In this document: in pieces, positions 14,074 through 28,423 of the stretch
Numbering within the stretch: position 1 is the stretch's first letter
Layout of the letters: every line of letters starts with the position of its first letter
NCBI GenBank assembly: GCA_951406725.2
Contig: OX597842.1
Location: forward strand, 34,038,001-34,102,000
Length of the DNA stretch: 64,000 bases
Direction: 5' to 3'
From: Octopus vulgaris
Taxonomy: Eukaryota
Notes under the pieces: model-generated
The model's input: only the letters and a program-made list of their open reading frames with translations
Told to the model about the DNA's origin: nothing
Database searches by the model: none
Made by a program: the position numbers and the translations under genes

Positions 14074-14269
14074 AATATATATACATCCACATGCATACTT
14101 ATACATACATACACATATATACATACACATTCATATACATATACAGAGACACATTTAAATATATATATGTATTTACATATATGCATGTGTGTATATATGT
14201 ACATATCAATAAATATATATATATATATATATACATATTTAGAAACATGTAAACTTGCGCAGGTACGTG

Positions 14270-14350
<81 letters not shown>

Positions 14351-14689
14351 CGTATATACCTATGTATGTACATAGATATACACTTTCATGCTTTCATACA
14401 TGTATACATTCATTCATGCATACACATATACAAGTATATACATACATGCACACTTTCATATAAATACATGCACATAGATTATTATACGCGCACTCACACA
14501 ATCAACATGTATATATATGCGTGTGTGAGCGTGTATATATATATATATGAACACTTCCATATACAGATATTTGAGTATAGACACATTCATACATACACTG
14601 ACAATATGTCACATAGATACACACACATTCGCACACGCATATAGATTGACACGCACAAATACAGACACAAACACACACACACACACACA

Positions 14690-15340
14690 CACACACTTAC
14701 GCACTCACACATACATATGCATTCACACACACACACACACACCTGCACACGGACACACACAGAGGCTCATTCACAGACTTGAACTCACACGTACAATTAC
14801 ACACTCACGCGTACACATGCATTCACACACACACACACACACACACGCCTACACACACGCACAAGGTCATTCACAGACACGCACTCACACACACTTACGC
14901 ACTCACACATACATATGCATTCGCACACACACATACACTCACCTGCACTCACGCACAGGCTCATCCACAGACACACACACACACTTACACACTCACACAT
15001 ACATATGCATTCATACACACACACGCCTGCACACACGTACAGGCTCATTCACACACACACACACACTTACACACTCACACATACATATGCATTCGCACAC
15101 ACACATAGACACACCTGCACACAAGCACAGGCTCATTCACAGACACGCACTCACATACACACACCTACACACTCACACATACATATGCATTCACACACAC
15201 ACACACACGCCTACACACACGCACAAGGTCATTCACAGACACGCACACACATACACTTACACACTCACACATACATATGCATTCGCACACACACATACAC
15301 ACACCTGCACACAGGCACAGGATCATTCGCAAACACGCAC
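14690..15340. repeat. Compound (CA)n-derived minisatellite, variable unit of roughly 65 bp
   Basis: Recurring acttac(g/a)cactcacacatacatatgcattc...gg(c/t)tcattcacagac modules. Confidence 0.8.
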
Positions 15341-15477
15341 TCACACACGCGCACACACACATATAAATGTCATCACGCACACAATCGTTGCTACATATAT
15401 ATGTTCACAAACACACACACACACACACATACACACACAAGCACGTACACACAAAGAGACTCACACATATACATATA

Positions 15478-15672
15478 TACAAGTGGATGTTAAAAAGTCA
15501 CTGGTTTTAAGGTTATTACGAAACGCCGGGTTTACAGAGCTTAGAAAAACTGAAGGACCGCCGCGATAAATGTATGGATCTGAGAGGGGAATATGTTGAA
15601 TAAAATCATAATTAACTGACCCTCCTGAAGTTTCTTTTACCCAAAACCAGAAACTTTTCAAACCCTTTCGTA
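15478..15672 (+). mobile_element. Tc1/mariner-derived MITE
   Basis: TA at both ends and imperfect TIRs (tacaagtggatgttaaaaagtcactggtttt / aaaaccagaaacttttcaaaccctttcgta). An internal remnant translates RRDKCMDLRGEYVE*, resembling a mariner transposase C-terminus. Confidence 0.75.
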
Positions 15673-15770
15673 TAATTTTTATTTTCTCCCCTTCGGGATT
15701 TTCCCGTTTATTTAGCGGTCATTCTAAAGCTCTTTTGTTTGTCTTAATAATCTTAATATACATATATATA

Positions 15771-15957
15771 AGGCGCAGGAGTGGCTGTGTGGTAAGTAGC
15801 TGGCTAACCAACCACATGGTTCCGGGTTCAGTCCCACTGCGTGGCATCTTGGTCAAGTATCTTCTACTATAGCCTCGGGCCGACCAATGCCTTGTGAGTG
15901 GATTTGGTAGACGGAAATTGAAAGAAGCCCATCGTATATATATATATGTACATATAT

Positions 15958-15998
<41 letters not shown>

Positions 15999-16180
15999 TC
16001 CACCTAGCATTGCTTGACAACCGATGCTGGTGTGTTTACGTCCCCGTCACTTAGCGGTTCGGCAAAAGAGACCGATAGAATAAGTACTGGGCTTAAAAAG
16101 AATAAGTCCCGGGGTCGATTTGCTCGACTAAAGGCGGTGCTCCAGCATGGCCGCAGTCAAATGACTGAAACAAGTCAAAG
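15771..16180 (+). mobile_element. SINE family A, full length
   Basis: aggcgcaggagtggctgtgtggtaag...gactgaaacaagt. Confidence 0.93.
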
Positions 16181-16233
16181 AATATACATAGTAATTTCCC
16201 TTTGTTTAACGGTCATTTTCATAGCGTATTTGT

Positions 16234-16309
16234 TTGTCTTAATAACTGACGAGATGCCGGAGCAGAGATTGTGTCCCGACATCCGAAACTCGGAGTTTTA
16301 TTATGACAA
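16234..16309 (+). ncRNA. Type I hammerhead ribozyme motif, canonical core
   Basis: ttgtcttaataa-CTGACGA-gatgccgg...ccgacatc-c-GAAA-ctcggag-TT-ttattatgacaa. Stem I is 12 bp with one mismatch, stem II pairs gatg/catc and cgg/ccg, and the cleavage triplet is GUU. Confidence 0.75.
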
Positions 16310-16772
16310 CCGAATAATTATATATATACGAATGCCTATATACATATTCATATATGTGTGTGTGTGTGTGTGTGTGTGTTGTTTGTACGTGTGTTTGTGT
16401 AACTGTCTTTTTATCTATCTAGCAATCCAACCATGTATCTATCTATCATTCTATCAACTTATTCATTTGTCAGACTGAGTCTGTCTTTTTATTTAAGTAT
16501 CAAACTATTTATTTATCTATCTATCTATCCATCCATCTACCTACCTATATATCTACCTGTTTATCTATCTATATACCTGTCTAGCAATCTATCTATCTGT
16601 TTATCTATCTGTCTATCTATCTTTCTATCTACCCATTATCTATGTATGTATTATCTATTTATTTAGCCATTTACCTACATACCTATCTACCCACCCACCT
16701 ATCTACCTATCTCTCTATCTATCTACATTTCTACTCGTCTATCTACAGCAACAGCAAAACTACTCTCCCTCT

Positions 16773-16840
<68 letters not shown>

Positions 16841-17158
16841 TACACACACACACACTTTACAATGCTGCTTCTCTCCAATCACGCAGAAAATGCATTTCAC
16901 ACACTTTTGTGCTTCCATACAATATTTGTTAATATATTTCGGGACACTCGGGTTTCTGTTGTATCTTCCGATATTATTTCCATTGTTTTTATTACTGACG
17001 TTGTGGTTGCTGTTGTTGTTGCTGTTTTTGTTGGTATAGTTATTGTTTCTCTGGTTGTAGTAGTAGCTGTTATTGTTGTTGTTGTTGTTGCTTAGACTCT
17101 GATCCAGCGAACATACCAACAATCAACTTCATCGTCATCATCATCATCATCATCAACG

Positions 17159-17193
<35 letters not shown>

Positions 17194-18099
17194 GTCATCA
17201 CCATCATCATCATCATCATCATCATCGTCACCATCATCATCGTCATCACCATCATCATCGTCATCACCATCCTCATCATCATCATCATCGTCATCACCAT
17301 CATCATCGTCATCGTCATCATCCTCCCCGTCCTCATCATCATCATCCTCATCATCATCATACTCATCATTATCATCATCATTATCATCATCATCATCACC
17401 GTCATCATCATCATCATCGTCATCATCATCATCATCATCATCATCATTGTCGTCGTCGTTGTCATCTTTACTATCATCACCGTTATCATTACATTCATCA
17501 TCACCATTATCATCGTCATCATCATCGCTATCCTCAGGATCCTCACCATCATCATCATCACCACCATCATCTTTATCATCATCATCATCATCATCACCAA
17601 CACCATCATCTTAATCAGCATCGTCGTCGTCACCCCAGCCACCATTATCATCATCATCATCATTATCACCATCGTCTTCATCATCATCATCATCGTCGTC
17701 ACCACCATCATCATCATCATCATCACCATCGCCACCGTGATCACCATCATCATTACCATCATCATCAACATCATCATCATCATCATCACCATATTGTCCT
17801 CTAATTTGGCCCGACTCTCCCAGCGTGCCACTGTCATCGGTGATCAATAACCGTGCGTCTTAATCGATGTCTTTGTTTATTTTTTATTTTATTTATTTTT
17901 TTTTATCCGAAACTCACCCACCGTCGATTGTTTCGTTAATCATTCTGTTAACCAATCAATCAATCAATCAATCAATCAGCTGTATTTGGCCAACTGCCCT
18001 ACACGCCATTCGTGACCACATCAATGACACACCCTCTTCGTTCCAGGTCAGTTCCGAGTCACCGAGACCTACATATAATATATATTTCTGTGTGTGTGT

Positions 18100-18149
<50 letters not shown>

Positions 18150-18189
18150 ATATATATGTGTGTGTGTGTGTGTGTGTTCTGTTTATTAT

Positions 18190-18298
18190 TTTATTCTTTT
18201 ACTTGTTTCAGGCATTTGACTGCGGCCATGCTGGAGCACCGTCTTTTAGTCGAACAAATCGACCCCACCAGGACTTGTTGTTTCGTAAGGCTAGTACT
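18190..18298 (-). mobile_element. SINE family A, 3' fragment
   Basis: ttttacttgtttcagg...gactgcggccatgctggagcacc. Confidence 0.8.
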
Positions 18299-18299
18299 A

Positions 18300-18545
18300 A
18301 AATAAAAATTAAAATAAAAACAAATAGAATTAGTTCTTGTGTTTTTAAATATTGAAATCCTTCCTCTGTAGAAGGAGCTGGTTTCCAACAAAGATGTATT
18401 TATGTATGTTCTGTTTTGTTTTAAAAGGACCTGGATTCTAACAAAGGCACAAAACTCCATCATTGGAATGAAGATAACGAAAACAATGTCAGATTTTAAA
18501 TTTGAGAAAAGTCTTGCATACTTTTATTGTTCCACTTACAGATGG
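18300..18545 (-). mobile_element. RLE-type non-LTR retrotransposon 3' end (related to 62224-62490)
   Basis: Minus strand translates SVSGTIKVCKTFLKFKI*, homologous to SVSGTVKICKTFLKF at about 62345-62390, followed by a putative 3' UTR. Confidence 0.65.
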
Positions 18546-19562
18546 TATTTATGCATATCTGTATGTGTGTGTGTGTAGAGGGCCTTTGCTTTGGGAGTTT
18601 CAGTGTTTTCTGGCAAGGTATCCTTTTTCCATCAACTTATCTGTATATCTATCTATATACTCGTTTTTGTGTCTACTTAACTTTCTATCAGTAGATCTAG
18701 CGGACTACCACTAAATCCATATATCTATCTATCTATCTGTTTAGCTATCTATCTGTCTATCTAGCTAGGTAGCTACCTCTATCTATCTATCTATCTATCT
18801 ATTTAACTATCTATCTCTCTATCTCCCTAACTATCTATCTGTCTATCTATCTATCTATCTATCTATCTATCCATCTATCTATTTATCATTCTATCTTTTC
18901 ATCTAACTACATATCTGTCTATGTATCTATTTGACTATGTATTTGCCTATCTCTCTATCTGTAACTACCTGTCTGTCGATCAATATAACTAAATATCTAT
19001 CTATATCAGTGTTTGTCCCTCTTTCTAGCTGTTACTCTATCTATTTATTTCTCAAACTCTCTATCTATCTATTCATATGTTTGTCTATCTATCTATCTAT
19101 CTTTCTATCTATCTACATATCTATCTGTCTGACTATCTTTCTCTGTGTGCATTTATCTACTCATCGCAACCTCCCCCTAGTCTATGATGCTATGTCTGTC
19201 TGTGTGTCATGCAATATGAAAGATGTGAAACCAAGTGTGAAACAATATGGCCGACACACTGTCAATATCTCCAGGTGGTTTCGTCAAAATGAACCACTGC
19301 CTTATACGGTCAACAACAACAATAACAACAACCACAACAGCAGCAGCCAGCAAACAGGAATAATATTAATAAAATTGATGATGATGGTGGTGATGATGAT
19401 GAGGAGGAGGAGGGGAGGGAGTAGGGGAGGAGGTGGGGATATTGAGGTTGTCGATCATGATCATGATGATGATGACGGTGGTGGTGGCGGTGGCGGTGGC
19501 GGCGGCAGCGGTGATGGCTGTCGTGATTTTGATGGTGGTCGTGGCTGTGGTGTTGATGATAG

Positions 19563-19596
<34 letters not shown>

Positions 19597-19687
19597 GGTG
19601 GTGATGATGAAGATGATGGTGATGGTGATGATGGGTTATAAACTAAGTCCATTGCTACAAACATTTAGTGGTTGGGTTTTCTATTAT

Positions 19688-21577
19688 AAATCTACCCCAG
19701 TATATCACTGCTACTTTCTTTTATCAACCCCACAACAATGAAAGGTAAAGTTAGTGTTAGTCTTCTATTATAATTCCATTGACATCTTGGATGTTTTATA
19801 GGAATATTAAATCTACCCCAGTATATCACTGCTACTTTATTTTATCAACCCCACAACAATGAAAGGTAAAGTTAGTGTTAGTCTTCTATTATAATTCCAT
19901 TGACATCTTGGATGTTTTATAGGAATATTAAATCTACCCCAGTATATCACTGCTACTTTATTTTATCAACCCAACAACAATGAAAGGTAAAGTTAGTGTT
20001 AGTCTTCTATTATAATTCCATTGACATCTTGGATGTTTTATAGGAATATTAAATCTACCCCAGTATATCACTGCTACTTTATTTTATCAACCCCAACAAC
20101 AATGAAAGGTAAAGTTAGTGTTAGTCTTCTATTATAATTCCATTGACATCTTGGATGTTTTAAAGGAATATTAAATCTACCCCAGTATATCACTGCTACT
20201 TTATTTTATCAACCCAACAACAATGAAAGGTAAAGTTAGTGTTAGTCTTCTATTATAATTCCATTGACATCTTGGATGTTTTATAGGAATATTAAATCTA
20301 CCCCAGTATTTCACTGCTACTTTATTTTATCAACCCAACAACAATGAAAGGTAAAGTTAGTGTTAGTCTTCTATTATAATTCCATTGACATCTTGGATGT
20401 TTTATAGGAATATTAAATCTACCTCAGTATATCACTGCTACTTTATTTTATCAACCCCACAACAATGAAAGGTAAAGTTAGTGTTAGTCTTCTATTATAA
20501 TTCCATTGACATCTTGGATGTTTTATAGGAATATTAAATCTACCTCAGTATATCACTGCTACTTTATTTTATCAACCCCACAACAATGAAAGGTAAAGTT
20601 AGTGTTAGTCTTCTATTATAATTCCATTGACATCTTGGATGTTTTATAGGAATATTAAATCTACCCCAGTATTTCACTGCTACTTTATTTTATCAACTCC
20701 ACAACAATGAAAGGTAAAGTTATAGTTAGTCTTCTATTATAATTCCATTGACATCTCGGATGTTTTATAGGAATATTAAATCTACCCCAGTATATCACTG
20801 CTACTTTATTTTATCCACTCCACAACAATGAAAGGTAAAGTTAGTGTTAGTCTTCTATTATAATTCCATTGACATCTCGGATGTTTTATAGGAATATTAA
20901 ATCTACTCCAGTATATCACTGCTACTTTATTTTATCAACCCCACAACAATGAAAGGTAAAGTTAGTGTTAGTCTTCTATTATAATTCCATTGACATCTCG
21001 GATGTTTTATAGGAATATTAAATCTACCTCAGTATTTCACTGCTACTTTATTTTATCAACCCAACAACAATGAAAGGTAAAGTTAGCGTTAGTCTTCTAT
21101 TATAATTCCATTGACATCTTGGATGTTTTATAGGAATATTAAATCTACCCCAGTATTTCACTGCTACTTTATTTTATTAACCCCACAATAATGAAAGGTA
21201 AAGTTAGTGTTAGTCTTCTATTATAATTCAATTGACATCTCAGATGTTTTATAGGAATATTAAATCTACCCCAGTATATCACTGCTACTTTATTTTATCA
21301 ACCCAACAACAATGAAAGGTAAAGTTAGTGTTAGTCTTCTATTATAATTCCATTGACATCTTGGATGTTTTATAGGAATATTAAATCTACCCCAGTATAT
21401 CACTGCTACTTTATTTTATCAACCCCACAACAATGAAAGGTAAAGTTAGTGTTAGTCTTCTATTATAATTCCATTGACATCTTGGATGTTTTATAGGAAT
21501 ATTAAATCTAAATCCAGTATATCACTGCTACTTTCTTTTATCAACCCCACAACAATGAAAGGTAAAGTTAGTGTTAG
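19688..21577. repeat. 121-bp tandem satellite, about 15.6 copies
   Basis: Unit aaatctaccccagtatatcactgctactttattttatcaaccccacaacaatgaaaggtaaagttagtgttagtcttctattataattccattgacatcttggatgttttataggaatatt. The register shifts 1 nt every two 60-nt lines. Confidence 0.97.
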
Positions 21578-21984
21578 ATTACGGTTGGACATTACTGTTT
21601 TAATCACTACAATTGTTTCTATACAACGCATTTCTCCAGGCTTGCAGCTATTTGATTATGTTACTGTTTCCTTGCATTATGAGATCTAGTTGTGCTTCCT
21701 CAGGTGATATGTAAATATTGTCTCCGTAAGTTCTAATTCTCGGTTCCAAGAGCATCTTCCTTGTCTGTCGTGGCTTGGACTTGGTAGTAGCCACTGAGTT
21801 TATCAGGGTGCTCTGTTGTTGAAGGACCGAGGTGAAGAAAATTCTTCGTTAATTATAAATTCTCGACGTATAGAAGCTTGTTAGTCACTGTCACTTTTTT
21901 CAGTTATATATGTGTGTGTGTGCGTATGTGCGTACATATATATATGGTTTTCTTTAAATAGGTTTCAAGATTTGTCACAAGGCC

Positions 21985-22126
21985 AGCAGTACTTATATTA
22001 TGGAGCCCCGAAAGGATACAAGACAAAGTCGGTCTCATTGGGATTTGAACTAAGAACGTAAGGAGTGATGAAATACTGCTAAGCACTTCTGCCGGGCCTG
22101 CTAACGATTCTGCCAGCTCATCGCCT
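21985..22126 (-). mobile_element. SINE family B, diverged
   Basis: …gatttgaact…ctaacgattctgccagctcatcgcct matches the reverse complement of the head at 61901. Confidence 0.7.
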
Positions 22127-22154
22127 TGTGTACATGTGTATGTTCGTATCTCAT

Positions 22155-22448
22155 TCTTTTATTCTTTTCGTTGTTTCAGTCATTTGACAGCGGCCATGCT
22201 GGAGCACCGCCTTTAGTCGAACAAATCTTTGTAAGCCTAGTACTTATTCTGTCGTTCTTGTTTGCCGGATCACTAGGTTGTCAATCGATGGTGGTAGGCG
22301 GTACAAACACAGGCACACAAACACACACATATATATATATATATATACGACGACGGGCTTCTTTCAGTTTCCATCTACCAAATCCACCCACAAGGCTTTG
22401 GTCGACCCGAGGCTATAGTATAAGGCACTTGCCCAAGGTGCCACGCAG
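22155..22448 (-). mobile_element. SINE family A, internally deleted and 5'-truncated
   Basis: gtttcagtcatttgacagcggccatgctggagcaccgcc … cacttgcccaaggtgccacgcagt. Confidence 0.85.
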
Positions 22449-22725
22449 TTTCCGTCTATGTAATTTGACTGACAAGTTGTAGCTTGATATGAGGCTATAG
22501 AAAATGGTCTTTGTCCCGTAGAGGGACTGAACCTGGTATCACGTTGTTGCTAAGCGGACTTCTTAACTATCCGGCTATACAGCATCTACATGTGTGTGTG
22601 TTTTTATATGTATGTATGTGTGTGTATATATAAACATATATGTATATATATAGACACGTAATATATATATATATACATACATACGGACATACATATATAG
22701 ACTGATACAACATACACAAAGCAAT

Positions 22726-22775
<50 letters not shown>

Positions 22776-22967
22776 ATATTTATAATACATATACATATAT
22801 AAATTTATATATTCATACATATATATATACATATATATATACACACATATATATATGTATATATACATACATATATATACTGATACAACATACACAAAGC
22901 AATTATATATATCCATATGCATGTATGTATGTACGTTTATAATATATATACATATATAAATTTATAT

Positions 22968-23024
<57 letters not shown>

Positions 23025-23025
23025 C

Positions 23026-23083
<58 letters not shown>

Positions 23084-23711
23084 TAAAACATACAGCTGTA
23101 AACACACAATACACACACACAAACACAAACACACACACATACACAAATTTACTATTCTTCATTTCCACTTGTATGTCAGAAACACAATAAGCCCTCATCA
23201 AAAAACAAAACCCTACACACAAAAAAACGCCACAAAATATCCCTCGCAGCTATTGCAAACAGTCACTGATCTGTTCATTGTCCGATTTTAATAAACCAAT
23301 GCTTTTTAGCTAATGGTGGAAACGACTTCCTCTGCAAACCGGAAGTTTGTTTGTTCCACCATCTTCTTAGATCTCCATGTTGTCATCTGTTTGAAGTTGT
23401 TCTTCAAATATGTTTCGGGAAGAAGAACAAAAAATATAGAATTTTAATCGCCAGGTCTCTGTCTTTGTATTGCAGTTTTTCACTATATATGTATACATAT
23501 AAATACATATATATGTGTATGTGTATGTTTTTATATGATATATATATATATAGATATAAATATGTATATATTTGTATATACATGTATATGTGTATGTGTG
23601 TGTATATATATATATATATGTATATATACGCAAATAAATAAGATAGAAAGATAGACAGACGGACAACAAACAGATAGATAGAGAGAGAGAGGCAGACAGA
23701 CAGACAGACAT

Positions 23712-23757
<46 letters not shown>

Positions 23758-23789
23758 TGATAGATAGACAGACAGACAGACAGTCAGGC

Positions 23790-23872
<83 letters not shown>

Positions 23873-23873
23873 G

Positions 23874-23936
<63 letters not shown>

Positions 23937-23979
23937 CAGAGAGAGAGAGATAAAGATAGAGAGATAGAGAGATAGATAA

Positions 23980-24050
<71 letters not shown>

Positions 24051-24297
24051 CACACACACACATACGCACACACATAGATAAATGTATGTTACAGACAGAC
24101 AGATAGTAACTTTTACAAGAAAAAGCTGCTCAGTGGCTTCCAAAATTCGTTTTGCTCGCTTCCCTGGCAGAGTAAAACTTAACAATTCTCTGTAATTTTT
24201 TAAGAGATACGAAATGTGTGCTACAATAAAGCTTATTGTTGAAACCTTCAGTTTAACGATAACTTGATGTATTAAAAGAAAGCATGACAGGTGTATG

Positions 24298-24447
24298 CTT
24301 GGCTGTGTGTTAACAGGCTTGCTTCCCAAACCTATGGCTCCTGGTTCAGTCCCATGTATGGTACTTTCGGTCTTTTTCTTCAGCCTGGGACAGAGCAAAG
24401 CCTTGTGAGTAGATTTGGTAGACGCAAACTGAAAGAAGCCCGGCGTA
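24298..24447 (+). mobile_element. SINE family A, diverged 5' half
   Basis: tggctgtgtg…ggttcagtccca…ccttgtgagtagatttggtagacg, ending at the internal microsatellite. Confidence 0.75.
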
Positions 24448-24453
24448 TGTATG

Positions 24454-24496
<43 letters not shown>

Positions 24497-24744
24497 AAAA
24501 TAATAATATTAGGGATTATATCCAAACTTACAGGGAAAAATTAGATTTAGGATTAAATCAAATTCCACAGTATAAATATTAGGCAACTCAAACAGTGATA
24601 GACACAAACCAATACATAAATACTAAAAAATATAAATATAATTAATATAATATATATATAAATTATAAAATTTAAATTTTTAAATTTTTAACTTTCTATA
24701 TTTTTAAATTTTTAATTATTTAAATGTTTTTTATCTCTGATTTA

Positions 24745-24792
<48 letters not shown>

Positions 24793-24801
24793 ATCAGAGA
24801 T

Positions 24802-24851
<50 letters not shown>

Positions 24852-25321
24852 GACATACATAAGGCATACATAATGCATACATACTTTAATTCACACACAG
24901 ACACACACACACACGAACGATGTCCCAAGCGCATCACGGCTTCGGCAAAGCACCATAACAGCAGTCCACTTGTAAGCGAGAAGGATGAGGCAATTCTCCT
25001 CACACATCCATACAATCGAGATATTTTTCTTCTCACAGAAACACTTTCACAACACCAAAAAGGCAGGAGGTATCAGCAGCCAAAACTACAAGGAATATTA
25101 CATTGATATCTATAACAGATCGATAGAAACGATAGTCACAAGACGGACATACTCAAAGAGAAAAATCGATTCTTTGTTACTCCGCTTTCCTTCCGTATAC
25201 GGACGCCATTTTCCTTTTCTATCGTCTGCCTCTTTCATTTGTCGTCTTACTTTGGTTTTAACCCTTTGCTTCGTTCAAGATGGCGAGGTTTCAGAAATTT
25301 GAGTCGAAAATAAACAACCTT

Positions 25322-25743
25322 GGGATCTTTTCGGTTTGAACGGCAGTTTTTTCTAGCGGTGTCATATGAAATTGTCACCCATAATTATTATGACCCTAGT
25401 ATAGATCTATTGCATTTCAATCTATTTTAGGGTTAGGGGTGACGGAAGGGTATCTTTTTTTTCTTCACAAATGTAAATAAACCCAATCTGTTTCTTAAAC
25501 GAGGGACATATTCATACGGCACAGAATGTTTGTTTTTTTACCTCAATAGACTTCATTGATTGGTTGAAATTGCAGAAATTAAAGAAAAAAAACAACAAAT
25601 ATCTTACAAACTATAGAATTTTCTCAGTAAAGCCAAGAGAAAAAGATGTTTTATAAACACATTCTACCAGTATACGAAGTTTAAAAGTGTTTAGTTATGA
25701 GGAAATTATTTTAAAAAACTGCCGGTCAAAGCGAAAAGATCCC
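25322..25743. mobile_element. Non-autonomous TIR element (MITE), 31-bp TIRs
   Basis: gggatcttttcggtttgaacggcagtttttt versus the reverse complement of the right end gggatcttttcgctttgaccggcagtttttt (2 mismatches). Contains TTAGGGTTAGGG. No clear TSD. Confidence 0.88.
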
Positions 25744-25781
25744 ACTCAGACTAACTTTTTGCATGCAGAATAACGGTATTC

Positions 25782-26110
25782 CTTTACTTGTTTCAGTCAT
25801 ATGACTGCGGTCATGCTGGAGCACTGCCTTAAAGGGTCTCAGTCAAACAAATCGACACCGGGACTTGCTTTATCCTATAGCCCACTATTCTATCTTTCTC
25901 TTACGCCGAACCGCTAAGTTACAAGGACGTGAACACACCAGCACCGGTTGTCAAGCAGTGATGGGGGCGGAAAGACACACATACACAAACATACACACAC
26001 ACATAGATACCCGCATGGCACCTTGGGCAAGTGTCTTCTACTATAGCCTCGCGTCAACCAAAGCCTTATAAGTGGATCTGGTAGACGGAAACTGAAAGTA
26101 ACCCATCGTA
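25782..26110. mobile_element. Two SINE family A fragments: 3' half on - (25782-26000) and middle part on + (26015-26110)
   Basis: tttacttgtttcagtcatatgactgcggtcatgctggagcac… followed by ggcaccttgggcaagtgtcttctactatagcc…. Confidence 0.8.
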
Positions 26111-26121
26111 GATTTATAAAT

Positions 26122-26190
<69 letters not shown>

Positions 26191-26241
26191 CAACCGCGAT
26201 GATGGGTGATAAACACGAACGCAAACACACACATAGACACC

Positions 26242-26302
<61 letters not shown>

Positions 26303-26399
26303 GGCAGTTTGTCTGTGCGTGTTTCTGTGTGTCTGTTTGCTTGTACCCTCACATGCACGGCTTTCAACCGATTCATGACACACACGGACATGCACACAT

Positions 26400-26667
26400 G
26401 TCATAATTCAAAACTAACGCAGCGAAAATATATATGAAAAGTTCCCCCAGTTCTGAAAAAAATCGATAAATTCGACATGGGGTCGAGAATTAGAAACACA
26501 AACCACAGACCGTCTAGGGGACGCAACTCTACCTTTCAGTTAACTCTCAAAAAAAATTTACCATCATTTTTTTTCCATTTTTTTGCTATTTTTTGGCTAT
26601 AACTCTCTAAAAATGCTTTATAGTTATTTCCCTTACAAACCTGAGCAACGCCGGGCGATACTGCTAG
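26400..26667 (+). mobile_element. Helitron-like non-autonomous element, 3' end
   Basis: Ends cctgagcaacgccgggcgatactgCTAG followed by T. A GC-rich subterminal hairpin about 8 nt before CTAG|T is the standard Helitron 3' signature. The 5' boundary is uncertain. Confidence 0.7.
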
Positions 26668-26735
26668 TATATATATATATGCGTACATACATGCATACGT
26701 ACATACATGCACACAGACATACACACACGGACATG

Positions 26736-26766
<31 letters not shown>

Positions 26767-27429
26767 TTTTTTATGTACAAGGCGGGCTTCTATATTTCCG
26801 ACTCGAAATCCACTCACGAGGATTCTTAAGCGTATATTTCAAGTTTCCACGCAATGGGAATGAACTCGAACCATGTGGTTGGGAAGCGAAATCCCCCCCA
26901 CAAACAAAACTCCAACCTATCCTCCCCCTCTCTCTCTTCTCTCTCTTCCTCTCTCTCTCCTCTCTCTCTCTCTCTCCCTATCTATCTATCTCTATCTCTC
27001 TCTACCAATCGTTGCTCTCCTATATTTACAAATGCCATATCTATCTATCAATCTCCATCGACTTGAGGTCTTCTTCTCGATAACCTCTCAGGCAACGACA
27101 GAACGTAACCACACACCTCATCTCATGCAAACGCATATATTTTCTCTAAATGCATGTACGTATGTATGGCTTTATGGATGTGTGTATTTGTGTGTGCATA
27201 TATGCATGTATGTATGTATGCATGTTTGTGTTATGTATGTGTGTATTTATATATGTATGTGTGCATGTATGGCTTTATTGATGTATATAGGGATACACGA
27301 GAGAAATACACGCATGCTGTGTTTGTGTATGTATGCAGAGATACATGTAGATGTATATATATATATATATGCGTGTGTGTATGTATATATATATATGTAT
27401 ATGTATGTATATGTATATATTTATATATG

Positions 27430-27480
<51 letters not shown>

Positions 27481-27537
27481 ATGTATATATATATATATGT
27501 ATATGTATGTATATGTATATATTTATATATGTATATG

Positions 27538-27576
<39 letters not shown>

Positions 27577-28336
27577 GCATACCATATATGCTTCTGTTTA
27601 TTCATATACATGCATACATAAGTATATGCATATAGCGTATTTCTGTGTGTGTTCGTTTATATATATATATATATATATACATACACACATACATATAGGC
27701 ATATAAACATATGGATGTATATTTATATATAAGTACATACATATCTATTTATCAACATAAATATTTCTCTGTGTGTGTGTGTGAGAGAGAGAGTATGTAT
27801 GTATATTTACATATGTATACATATGTATACAGGCATATATATATACATATACATAAGTATATATGTATATATATATACATACATGTACATATATATCTTT
27901 CTACATATATAAATGTACATGCACACCTATGCATATTATATACATGTGTGTACGTGCGTGTGTCTGTCTGTTTGCATGCAATGATGATATATATATATAT
28001 ATATATATATACAATATAGAACCACTTATACACACACACATAAACAAACACAAACATCCACGCTATCCCAGAAGTGAATTTCTCGTAAACGACGGCGGCC
28101 GCCATGTTCTCGGGGCAATGAAAGGAAGTGACGTTTGCTTGTTCGACAGTCAAACCGGAAATGCATTAATACGTGCTCAAAACGTAATATCCGGTATGGC
28201 TTCCCGCCCTGATGACATGGTCAATGTAACGTGACCACAGCAAAGAGCTCGCCGAATACGGCGCTCCTGTATCGTGTTACTCTTCATTTCCGTAGCTACG
28301 CTTTCATGTGTTTGACTGTGTGTATGCGCATGCGCG

Positions 28337-28423
<87 letters not shown>

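Noticed and set aside
28205-28270. CTGATGA followed by two hairpins
   Set aside because: No GAAA after the first stem, so it is not a hammerhead. Kept only as part of a possible regulatory island.
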